Source: an uncultured Bacteroidales bacterium (GTDB lineage: Bacteria > Bacteroidota > Bacteroidia > Bacteroidales > UBA12077). From it: a DNA stretch of 36,843 bases. How positions within the stretch are numbered: the first letter of the stretch is position 1; the number at the start of each line of letters is the position of its first letter. The notes beneath the pieces are model-generated. The model was given only the letters and a program-made list of their open reading frames with translations, was not told the DNA's origin and did not search any database. Made by a program: the position numbers and the translations under genes. Location of the stretch: positions 1 through 36,843 of the forward strand of contig CAYFRV010000003.1 of NCBI GenBank assembly GCA_964345495.1. Direction: 5' to 3'. Positions 25,085 through 33,900 of the stretch are shown piece after piece.

Positions 25085-27392
25085 GGTTCAATTCCTTATA
25101 AATTTTTTCCGGTGTGAAAGGTGTTTCACGCAATCTAATTCCTACAGCATCATATATCGCATTAGCTATTGCTGGTGCCGGGCAATTTATACCAATTTCT
25201 CCAACAGATTTGGCACCAAAGGGGCCGGTTTTTTCTTCCGAATCAACTAGTAGGGTCTCCATTTCAGGGATATCATTACTTCGCCATATCTTATAATCCC
25301 AGAAAGAAGCATTAGTCATATTCCCCCCGGAAGTGAAATGGAAATTTTCAAACAATGCATAGGTCATTCCGTTAATTGCTGCACCTTCGACTTGTCCTTC
25401 AGCAAGTTTTGGATTAATCGCCTGACCACAATCTACGACAGAAACAAATTTTATCACATTCACTTTCCCGGTTTGTTTATCAACCTCTACTTCAGCAAAT
25501 TGTGCAATAAAAGGAGGAGGTGACTGGTCAACAAAACTGGAAGCTTCTGCCTGAATTTGCGAAAGCTGTCCGCCGTAAAGAGTTTCATTGGCAATTTCTT
25601 CAAAAGAACATTCTTTCTTGGTATCCGAATCGATTACTTTGCCATTCTCCAGGTTTAGTTTATCGGATTTTGCGTCCAGGATATTAGTTGCTGCACCCAG
25701 AATTTGTTCCTTTATTTTTGTTGCACATTTTTCAACTGCAGTTCCCGATACATAGGTGGTTGATGAAGCATAAGCCCCCACGTCAAAAGGAGTTCGGTCG
25801 GTATCAGAAGAAAGGACTATAATTTTTTCGGTGTCTACCTGTAACACTTCTGCTGCAATTTGTGCAAGAATCGTATCGGAACCGGTTCCGATATCAGTAG
25901 CTCCTATATCCAGATTAAAACTACCATCTTCATTCATTTTCATATATGCAGCACCAAGGTCGATCATCGGAATGCCTGAACCCTGCATTGCTACAGCAAC
26001 GCCCAAACCACGAACAAAGCCCGGTTTAGGTTCAGTCTTTTTTCCTCGCTTTTGATACCAGTCAATCATCCTGGCTCCGCGGTCAATGCATTCGTCAAGT
26101 TTGCAAGAATTAATAATTTGTTCCACGCCTTCTTTTCCTTCGCCAAGCGCCTTAAAGACATCAGAAGTTTCTCCTTCTTTTATGTGCCATTTCTTTATAA
26201 ATTCAAGGATATCCTGATTAGTCTTTCTTGCTATGATATCGATTTGTTGGTTCAGTGCAAAATAAGCCTGGGTAGCCCCATAACCACGGTAAGCTCCGCC
26301 CACAGGTAAATTTGTGTATGCAGACCTTGCCCGGAAATAAATATTCTTTATCTTATTAAATAACGGTAAACATTTTGATCCTGAATTGGAAGAAACAGTA
26401 AGCGCATGGCTGCCATAAGCTCCGGTATTCATAATATTATCCATGCTTAACGCAGTAATTTCACCATCTTTTTTAAACCCGGTTTTTAATTTTACCTGCA
26501 TCGGGTGGCGCTGGCGGCCGGACTGAAATTCTTCCTGGCGCGTATAAATCAGCCTTACCGGCCGTTTAGTTCGCAAAGTAAGTAGTGCTACATAAGGTTC
26601 AAGCAACACCTCCTGTTTGGCTCCAAACCCTCCGCCGATGCGGGGTTTTATTATGCGAATTTTCCTCAATGGATAATTAAGCACACGGGCAACTATGCGC
26701 CGGGCATGGAAAGGAACCTGTGTAGCTGTTACAATTACTAAGCGGCCGTTTTCATCAAAATAAGCCGCTGCAATATGTGGTTCCATTGTAGCATGCGAAG
26801 CGTAAGCACTTTGATAAGTCTCCTCTACCACATAATCTGCTTCTTCAAATCCTTTATCAACTTCTCCAACAGAGAAATCCACCTCTGAAGCCAGGTTTTC
26901 TTCAGGTTTATAAGGAACAGGTATCGGAAAATATTCTTCTTTATCATGTATTGCTATCGAACCCTTCAAAGCTTTCTCCGGATCAAAAACCGCATCCAGC
27001 AATTCATATTCCACTTTGATTTTTTTAACCGCTTCTTCAGCTATCTCCATAGTTTCAGCAGCCACCATTGCAACAAAATCTCCGGCGTATCTAACAACAT
27101 CATCAAATAATAATGTATCATAGGGAGATGGTTCAGGTGCACCCTGTCCAGCTGTAGTATAATAAATTTTATCTATATCCTTGTGTGAAATTATATCTAC
27201 TACGCCATCCATTTCCTTCGCTTCAGTGACATCAATCATTTTTATACGGGCATGCGCATGAGGGCTTCTAAGTATCCGAACCTTCAAATAATCATCAAGG
27301 CGATAATCTTCTGTAAACAAAGAACTGCCCGTTGCAAGTGCCATTGCATCTGTTTTTTCAACAGATTGGCCTATATTACGATATTTCTTCAT
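25077..27392 (-). CDS. Molybdopterin-binding large subunit of a xanthine dehydrogenase-family hydroxylase, set 1
   Basis: 771 aa ORF with GGGFGAKQE, GGAYRGYGATQ and FGAKSVGEIG motifs. It overlaps the Fe-S gene by 17 nt. Confidence 0.9.
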   Translation of the reverse strand: MKKYRNIGQSVEKTDAMALATGSSLFTEDYRLDDYLKVRILRSPHAHARIKMIDVTEAKEMDGVVDIISHKDIDKIYYTTAGQGAPEPSPYDTLLFDDVVRYAGDFVAMVAAETMEIAEEAVKKIKVEYELLDAVFDPEKALKGSIAIHDKEEYFPIPVPYKPEENLASEVDFSVGEVDKGFEEADYVVEETYQSAYASHATMEPHIAAAYFDENGRLVIVTATQVPFHARRIVARVLNYPLRKIRIIKPRIGGGFGAKQEVLLEPYVALLTLRTKRPVRLIYTRQEEFQSGRQRHPMQVKLKTGFKKDGEITALSMDNIMNTGAYGSHALTVSSNSGSKCLPLFNKIKNIYFRARSAYTNLPVGGAYRGYGATQAYFALNQQIDIIARKTNQDILEFIKKWHIKEGETSDVFKALGEGKEGVEQIINSCKLDECIDRGARMIDWYQKRGKKTEPKPGFVRGLGVAVAMQGSGIPMIDLGAAYMKMNEDGSFNLDIGATDIGTGSDTILAQIAAEVLQVDTEKIIVLSSDTDRTPFDVGAYASSTTYVSGTAVEKCATKIKEQILGAATNILDAKSDKLNLENGKVIDSDTKKECSFEEIANETLYGGQLSQIQAEASSFVDQSPPPFIAQFAEVEVDKQTGKVNVIKFVSVVDCGQAINPKLAEGQVEGAAINGMTYALFENFHFTSGGNMTNASFWDYKIWRSNDIPEMETLLVDSEEKTGPFGAKSVGEIGINCPAPAIANAIYDAVGIRLRETPFTPEKIYKELNHE

Positions 27393-27852
27393 AATCTTTC
27401 ATTTTTTGTGCGGCTAATTTAACCGCATCAATTATTTTAATATATCCCGTGCATCGACAAAGTACACCTTCCATTCCCGCTTCTATTTCTTCATCTGTCG
27501 GGTTGGAATTATTCTGTAATAAATAATAGGCAGACAAAACCATTGCAGGGGTACAAAAACCACATTGCACGGCTCCAGTTTCAACAAACGCCTTTTGAAT
27601 AACGTGAGGATGATGGATATCGCCTATTCCCTTTACCGTGGTTATTTTTTGCCCAATAACGGCAGCGGTGAACACACGACATGAATTTACAGGTTTTCCA
27701 TTCAGGAGTACCATGCAGGATCCGCACTCTCCTTCATCACATCCGCGCTTTACTTCACTATAACCATGATTTCTAAGGGTATCCAAGAGATATTCCTCTT
27801 CCCCATGAACCATCCGTTTTTCTTTGTTATTGATATAATAAATATTTTCCAT
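27376..27852 (-). CDS. Molybdenum hydroxylase [2Fe-2S] small subunit, set 1
   Basis: 158 aa ORF with CDEGECGSCMVLLNGKPVNSC, CGFCTPAM and CRCTGY. Confidence 0.9.
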   Translation of the reverse strand: MENIYYINNKEKRMVHGEEEYLLDTLRNHGYSEVKRGCDEGECGSCMVLLNGKPVNSCRVFTAAVIGQKITTVKGIGDIHHPHVIQKAFVETGAVQCGFCTPAMVLSAYYLLQNNSNPTDEEIEAGMEGVLCRCTGYIKIIDAVKLAAQKMKDYEEIS

Positions 27853-27855
27853 TAG

Positions 27856-28665
27856 TTATGACTTCAAAAGTTCAATTAATCCTCTTTCAATCTGATTTTC
27901 AGCGATATGTTTAACATAATCTGATGACATACCTTTTGCCGAAACAAATTTGATATCTAATCCTTTTGCAATATCTTTTAAATCCAATTTTTCAATATTT
28001 TTTCCCCTGATCTGATCTTCGATTTCAAAGAGCCTCCTAAATCTTTCCGTATGTCCGGTTAGAACAATTGCAATATCTTCAATTTCGTTTTTCTCACGCT
28101 TAGCCAAAATTGTAATTGTAAAACCAGGATGATCGTTCTTAGTAACTCCTTCCCTGTAATACCATGAATACCAGGAAATATAGGGAATAATGACTTCTGT
28201 AATTAATGTTTGGGATTTCAACTTCTTTTGGGTAAGATAATCTTTTACCGGATATATTCCTGATGTAGCGCCTTCTAATTTAACATCAGCCTCCAAAGCA
28301 ATTAGCGGACCAATTAAGTCGGACCAATTTGGCGCCAAACGGAGACTTCCTCCAATTGTAATTCTGTTTCGTAAAGGTATGGTTGCAGCTTGCCGTAATG
28401 ATTTAGACAGAATATGCCCGGGCTCTATCTCATTCAGGCGTTCAACAACAGAATTAAAATCCGCCAGACTACCAATATTTATGAATCCTTCCTCTTTTTT
28501 AACATAATTTAGCGGAAGCTTATCCAGAAAAACGATGCGATTTCCGTCTTTAAGCTTTATTCCGGTTAGATGAGTTCCCCCACCATGGAGAACAGCTTTT
28601 TCATCTTTTATTAAATCAAGAGCTTCTTCAATATGGTTAGGGTATTCCCATTTAATATTTTTCAT
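27856..28665 (-). CDS. Molybdenum hydroxylase FAD-binding subunit, set 1 (YgfM-like position)
   Basis: AVLHGGGTHL and ITIGGSLR are FAD-binding-5 motifs. I prefer the ATG at 28665 (MKNIKWEYPN) to the TTG at 28698 in the ORF track. This is the first gene of the cluster. Confidence 0.75.
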   Translation of the reverse strand: MKNIKWEYPNHIEEALDLIKDEKAVLHGGGTHLTGIKLKDGNRIVFLDKLPLNYVKKEEGFINIGSLADFNSVVERLNEIEPGHILSKSLRQAATIPLRNRITIGGSLRLAPNWSDLIGPLIALEADVKLEGATSGIYPVKDYLTQKKLKSQTLITEVIIPYISWYSWYYREGVTKNDHPGFTITILAKREKNEIEDIAIVLTGHTERFRRLFEIEDQIRGKNIEKLDLKDIAKGLDIKFVSAKGMSSDYVKHIAENQIERGLIELLKS

Positions 28666-28698
28666 TGACTTAGGGGTGTATTTAATATTTAGAACCAA

Positions 28699-28730
28699 CT
28701 AATATAGGAATTCAATTCTTTATTGTCAAA
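28699..28730 (-). promoter_or_regulatory. Candidate Bacteroidota promoter for the cluster (-33 TTTG / -7 TATATTAG)
   Basis: The minus strand reads TTTG-N20-TATATTAG. That is one mismatch to TAnnTTTG, at consensus spacing, about 35 nt upstream of the ATG at 28665. Confidence 0.3.
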
Positions 28731-28854
28731 TCACAGAGAGTGGTTTCTGATAAAGCTGAATTACCAGAAGATTAAAAAAAGCATTCTTATAAAAATTATT
28801 TTTTCCTGCCGTAATTGGATTATGTTATAGAAGCCATAATCTTCGGCAGGCATT

Positions 28855-28968
28855 TTCGAAGTAAAGGTAAATTATAAAATTAGCATCCATTTTCTAATGA
28901 GTCGGCAATGGCAGAAAGCACCAAGAATGTGCAGCATATAATGGGCAAACACATCAGTTTGCATAATT
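28855..28968 (+). repeat. Intergenic repeat element, copy C (short, degenerate)
   Basis: TTCGAAGTAAAGGTAAATTATAAAATTAGCATCCATTTTCTAATGAG aligns with the left module of copies A and B. GAATGTGCAGCATATAATGG aligns with the right module. The end ATCAGAAT is a degenerate inverted terminus. Confidence 0.55.
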
Positions 28969-28989
28969 TGCATCAGAATAATTTATTAG

Positions 28990-29820
28990 CTATTGCAGAC
29001 GGAAATAATAGGTAATTGTACCTTTTTGATATGCCGGTGCATTGGGATCCCGGTCAAACTTTGCATTTAAAGCAGCTTTTTTTGCAGCTTCAAGAAGATT
29101 ATCATTGAGGGTTGTTGAACCTTTTACCCCTGAAACGGCTTTGGTTACATTACCATACTTATCCACAGTAATTTCCACAACTACTTTTCCCTCAACCTGA
29201 TAATTGTATTCAGGTTTAGGCAATGATTCAGGATTTCTTCCTGAAAGACTGTAATTCATATTTCCCATACCTTTGCTATCCACATCAGCATGGTTATCTG
29301 AATAAGGGGTTCCGCTTTCTCTTCCCTGATTGCCTTCACCTTCGGTTTCTCCTTCACTTTCTCCTGATTCTTCACTGCTCTTTCCGGGATAAAGCGCATT
29401 CTCATTTACCTCTCTCTCTGGTTCTGTCTGTTCTTTAGTTTCTTCTTGTTTTTCCTGTGGGTCTGGCTTCGGTTCTGGTTGTTTTTCTTCTTTTTCCTGA
29501 GTTTCCTTTTTCTCTTCAACCGCAGGAGCCTCTTCATGATCCTGTGTTATAACATCTTCAGCTTCTTGTTGCTCCTGTTGTTTTGGCTCCGGCCTTGACT
29601 CCTCCTGTTGTTTTTGTACTTCAGCTCTTTCCGTGCTTCTTTCCAGTTCTGTTGCTCCGGCAGCATCCTGAGTATTCCCAAAATTTATCATGATTCCTTT
29701 TTCAGCGGGAAGAGGCAAAGGAGTAGAGAAGCCAAAACTTAATATAAGAATGGCCAATATTCCATGAAAGGCAATGGTGCCCAAGATTCCTTTTTTATGT
29801 TTTTTAAAAAATTCCAGCAT
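28990..29820 (-). CDS. tonB: TonB-family energy transducer
   Basis: 276 aa ORF with an N-terminal TM anchor and a long Glu/Pro/Lys/Gln-rich linker. The C-terminal TonB domain carries VEGKVVVEITVDKYGNV...GTITYYFRLQ. Confidence 0.8.
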   Translation of the reverse strand: MLEFFKKHKKGILGTIAFHGILAILILSFGFSTPLPLPAEKGIMINFGNTQDAAGATELERSTERAEVQKQQEESRPEPKQQEQQEAEDVITQDHEEAPAVEEKKETQEKEEKQPEPKPDPQEKQEETKEQTEPEREVNENALYPGKSSEESGESEGETEGEGNQGRESGTPYSDNHADVDSKGMGNMNYSLSGRNPESLPKPEYNYQVEGKVVVEITVDKYGNVTKAVSGVKGSTTLNDNLLEAAKKAALNAKFDRDPNAPAYQKGTITYYFRLQ

Positions 29821-29823
29821 AAT

Positions 29824-30222
29824 CTATTCCGCTGTTGTTGCTAAAATAAGCTTCCATTCATTTTTGTTGGCAATATTCATAACCTTTACAATATGCTCAA
29901 TGGGTACTCTTTTATCCGCATTAACTGAAATTGTAGGTTCTTCTACGCCTCTTCTGTTAAATTCTTCTTTTAAAACGTTTTCCATTTCAGAAAATTGCAC
30001 CTGATCTCTACCTACATAATAATTGATATCACTGGTTATTGATACACTTATTACGGGAGAAGCGGCAGTTTGATTAGAACTTTGAGGCAATAAAAGTTTC
30101 AGTGCGTTTGGGTTCACTAAAGTTGAAGTTACCATGAAGAAAATTAACAGCAGAAAAATTATATCTGTCATTCCCGACATGCTAAAAGTTGTACTGATTT
30201 TATTTCGAGGTTTTAACTCCAT
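29824..30222 (-). CDS. exbD: ExbD/TolR biopolymer transport protein
   Basis: 132 aa ORF with the N-terminal TM motif MTDIIFLLLIFFMVTS and a periplasmic domain. It is adjacent to exbB and tonB. Confidence 0.8.
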   Translation of the reverse strand: MELKPRNKISTTFSMSGMTDIIFLLLIFFMVTSTLVNPNALKLLLPQSSNQTAASPVISVSITSDINYYVGRDQVQFSEMENVLKEEFNRRGVEEPTISVNADKRVPIEHIVKVMNIANKNEWKLILATTAE

Positions 30223-30249
30223 AATTACTTAAATTAATATGCACATAAA

Positions 30250-30951
30250 TTACTCAACAGGTTCGTTCAGCAAGTCCATAAATTCCGTGGTATTCAATTC
30301 CAGTTGGTAAACTACCTTTTCAACCTTAGCCACCAGAATATTATATGCAATGTAGGAAATAATACCCACAATCAGACCTGCCACTGTAGTCACCATGGCT
30401 GTGTAGATTCCGTTAGATAAGAGGGTAATATCAATGTTGCTTCCTGCATTTGCCATGTCATAGAAAGCCCGGATCATACCCATAACAGTACCAAGGAAAC
30501 CAATCATCGGTGCAGCGCCTGCTGCTGTTGCCAGTGTAGGCAAACCTTTTTCGAGTTTTGAAATTTCCAGTTTTCCAACGTTTTCAATAGCTGCAGTGAT
30601 ATCATCTAACGGGCGACCGATTCGCTGTATGCCTTTATCGATCATTCGTGCAACCGGACTATCAATAGATTGACAAAGCGTTTGTGCTGACTCAATTTTA
30701 TCGTCATGAATATAGTCCTTTATCTTATTCATAAAATTAATATCCGTTTTTGAAGCCTTTGAAATAGCAAAGTATCGTTCAAAAAAAATGTACACTGCAA
30801 GAATAGACAATATTAGAATGGGTATCATTATCCACCCACCTTTTAGGACTAAATCCCAAAATTGCAATGTTGTTTCACCAGCCTGCCCGTTCTGAGCTGC
30901 TGCAGCTAAAGTATCCTGTGACGTAGATTGAAGTAATGCCAAATAATTCAT
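30250..30951 (-). CDS. exbB: ExbB (MotA/TolQ/ExbB proton channel family)
   Basis: 233 aa ORF with 3 TM helices and the conserved LATAAGAAPMIGFLGTVMGMIRAF channel motif. Confidence 0.85.
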   Translation of the reverse strand: MNYLALLQSTSQDTLAAAAQNGQAGETTLQFWDLVLKGGWIMIPILILSILAVYIFFERYFAISKASKTDINFMNKIKDYIHDDKIESAQTLCQSIDSPVARMIDKGIQRIGRPLDDITAAIENVGKLEISKLEKGLPTLATAAGAAPMIGFLGTVMGMIRAFYDMANAGSNIDITLLSNGIYTAMVTTVAGLIVGIISYIAYNILVAKVEKVVYQLELNTTEFMDLLNEPVE

Positions 30952-30992
30952 AGTGTTTTCTGATTTTAAACTTTTTCTACAAAAATAATAAA

Positions 30993-33900
30993 CTAATTTG
31001 TTTCCTTACGTTTCTTCTTTTTAGTAATATCTCTGAATAACTCTCCAAAGCTGTTAAAGTCTTCTCTGTAATACAATCCGGCTCCCTGAATATACCTGGT
31101 CTCTTCGTAAAGGAGTCTGTCGCTGTTGCGATTAAAAAACTTCAACCGTAATTTGCCGCTTTGTGTTAGTTTCCAGTCTATTCTTACATCTCCTACAATT
31201 TCACTCGCCTGAGCGTACCTTCCACCAGAGGCTACATTTCCGTTAATAATAAGTCGATCATTCAACAACTGGGTTGAAAGAGCCACCTCCATCTGATCTC
31301 TTGAAATATCATCTCCAGGCTGGTAATTCACACCAATATCCCAGTTGTTAGAAATTTGAGAAAGCCAATGGCTAAGCTGATTTGAAAGCAACTCACTTGT
31401 TGTAAAGGCCATGCCTGTGGCACCTAATTCATTTGGATCTGTCTGACCTGCCAAATATTGCTCAGCAGGCATAAAGGTATTTAAAACCAACAACGAAAGA
31501 AATTGTTTGTTCATCTCTTCCTCACTGGTTAAAACTGAATTCAACCTTGCTTTGGTGCTTTCATCAGCAGTGGGGAGGTCTATTTCAAAACTAATCTCAG
31601 GATTGTTAAGCTTTTCTCTTAAATTCACCTTGCATTCAACCGGAATTCTTTTTTGATAGGTTGATGTGGTGTCCAGGAATAAATTGTCCAGGGAAGTTCT
31701 CAAATTATAGACCGCGGTTACATCAATATCGGCATCCTGAGGATTTCCATTCCAAACTATCCGGCTTCCTTGTTGAATTTCAAATTTTTTATTTATGACA
31801 TTCTTAAGAGAAAACATATAGTCACCTTCTTCAATGATATATTCACCAAAAATTCTGAAGTTACCTGTTTGATTTACTTCCATATTTAAACTTCCCCTTC
31901 CGTTTGCCTTAATCATGTCACCAAGTTCCGGATTAAAGATCAAGCGGGTTTCCGCCTGTGGAGTAATGTCAAGATCAAAATTCATGTCAATTCCCGATAA
32001 ATCTACATTGTATCCATCTGCCTCATCGCTGATCTTCTCACCATCTTTACTGGTAAAAGTTACAAATTTTGTTTTTCTTTGTTCCTTAGTGCTGTTAATA
32101 GGCAGATTAATAATTGTGTTTTCGCTGGTAGTCAATGAAGCGTCAATCCCCAATATGTTAGCAGATGTATTTCCCTGAATATTTAAAAGACCGGATACAT
32201 AGCCATCGCCATAATAAATTGAATTATGGAAGCTATTCGTATTTAAACCCCGAAATTTTTCAGCGTCAATTCTAAGGTCATAGGAAACATTTTTAAACTT
32301 ATGAAGGTCAATATCCCCATCAAGAACAGCCTGATTGCCTTTACTGTCATAAACATTGACCTGATTGAATATGAGTTTATTATTTTGCACATCCAATTGA
32401 TGGGTGATGAAATAGCGGGTTTGAAGATAATCTACTGTAAGAGCAGATTTTTGCATCGTTAACTTACCATTAAGCAACGGTTCTTTTGTACTTCCATCAA
32501 GCTTCAAATTTCCGCTTAATGCTCCTTTTACGTCGGAGAGGCTATTTTGAAGAATTGGATTTAAGATGTTCATTCTTAATTTATCCATAGCAATATCGAA
32601 ATCCAATTGCTGCATTTCAGGTGTATATATTCCTTTAACGTCTAACGTTTTTAATTTTCCTCTTTTACTCTTAAGATTAATTAAGACATCTTTTGTCTTA
32701 CTTTCCCATCTACTTTCAATCGTGGTATTACCAATAGTCTGTCCATTCATCTGAAGTGTATCAATAGTCAGATTAGACTGAAAAACAGGGTTGCCATATA
32801 AATCTCTCACTTCAGCCTGTCCTTCAGCTAAACCGTCTAAATCAAATTTTCCCCCTGGTAAAAAAATATTCGTATAATCAAGATCTATATCCTGTAAACC
32901 GATAGTCAACAGATCATCGGGGTTTTTTGAAATTCTTCCATCTATAACCATTCTTTGTTTATTATGATGGAACTTAAGGTTATTGAATTGAATGCTTGAA
33001 CTATCGATATTTATGGAACTCCTTTCCAGATTCCAGATTTCTTCATTTAATCGTACTTTACCCGGCAAAACATGGATTTTTGAATGAATATTTTGAGTTT
33101 CAGGTGAGCGATCAAAATTTATAAGCGCAAGCATTTCCCCTTTAAGTTGATATGTAGCAGGATCTTTCCAGTCAACCATTAGTTTAGAAGTATTATCCCC
33201 GGTTATTGATTTTAGCTTAAAATTTTCAAAGTATGCTACTTGTTTATCCCCTATCGGGAAAAGTTTATCAAAGGTAGTGATTAAAGAGAATAAGGTATCC
33301 TGAGAAGCACTTGTTAGATGAAAATTATTCAGTAAATAATTGCTATATTTAAATGTATCCATTTTAGCTTCTAATAAAAAATCTTTTTTTGAACCATCAT
33401 ATTCCAAGGTCAGTTCAGAATTCTTTGCAACACCAAGTTTTGGTATGAACAGTTGAGTGATGGGATTAATATTTTTCAAATCGACATTAAGCTTAAAATT
33501 GTTTTTAATCTTTACATCTGAAGTATCATCAGCATCTTTGATCATAACCGGAAGATAAGAGTAGAATAAATTTTTCAATGATTGATAAACACTTGATGAT
33601 TGATATTTGCCTACAAGCGCTCCATCGATATAGTCCGAGTTTAAGAAAATTTTCTGAGTATCTTCAGTATGTGTGGCATTGATTTTAAAATCATCCAGTT
33701 TCAATTTTTTATTGTCTTTAATCAGCAAACCCTCTGTGAGGTGAATCTCTCCTGAAGCATTATCAATACTATTGCCTTTAAAATTTGAAACCAACTTAGC
33801 AGAAATAAAAGCCGTGGTGTCATTCTCTACAAAATTCAAAGCGTTTAATTTTGCTTCTTTTACTTTAGCGTTAAAATCGAAAACAGGGATTTCCTCAGAA

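Noticed and set aside
11465-28665. Selenocysteine (in-frame TGA) recoding in the hydroxylase or YgfK genes
   Set aside because: All these ORFs are continuous, with family-typical lengths and no split-gene pairs. The selenium link for this enzyme family involves a labile cofactor rather than Sec, and it cannot be judged from this window because selD is absent.
28666-28698. TTG-initiated 11-codon extension of the set-1 FAD subunit
   Set aside because: The ATG at 28665 gives a conventional N-terminus. The extension would overlap the candidate promoter -7 region.
28805-28850. Hairpin CCTGCCG...CGGCAGG as the intrinsic terminator of the tonB operon
   Set aside because: On the minus (transcribed) strand the stem is followed by an A-run rather than a U-tract, and the loop is 32 nt. 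It is possibly structural, but it is not a convincing rho-independent terminator.
28699-28989. Purine/xanthine or Moco riboswitch upstream of the hydroxylase cluster (also considered for 16628-16819)
   Set aside because: I could not find the conserved cores on the minus strand, for example the purine-riboswitch UAUAAU...GUUUCUACC...CCGUAAA pattern. The CATATAATGGGCAAAC stretch is on the wrong strand and belongs to repeat copy C. A covariance-model scan would be needed to exclude a riboswitch fully.
28990-30951. tonB-exbD-exbB as the uptake component of the purine cluster
   Set aside because: They are adjacent and on the same strand, but a 291-bp spacer with a repeat copy and a candidate promoter separates them from the cluster. 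No TonB-dependent receptor is present, and this trio is a common housekeeping unit next to tamB.
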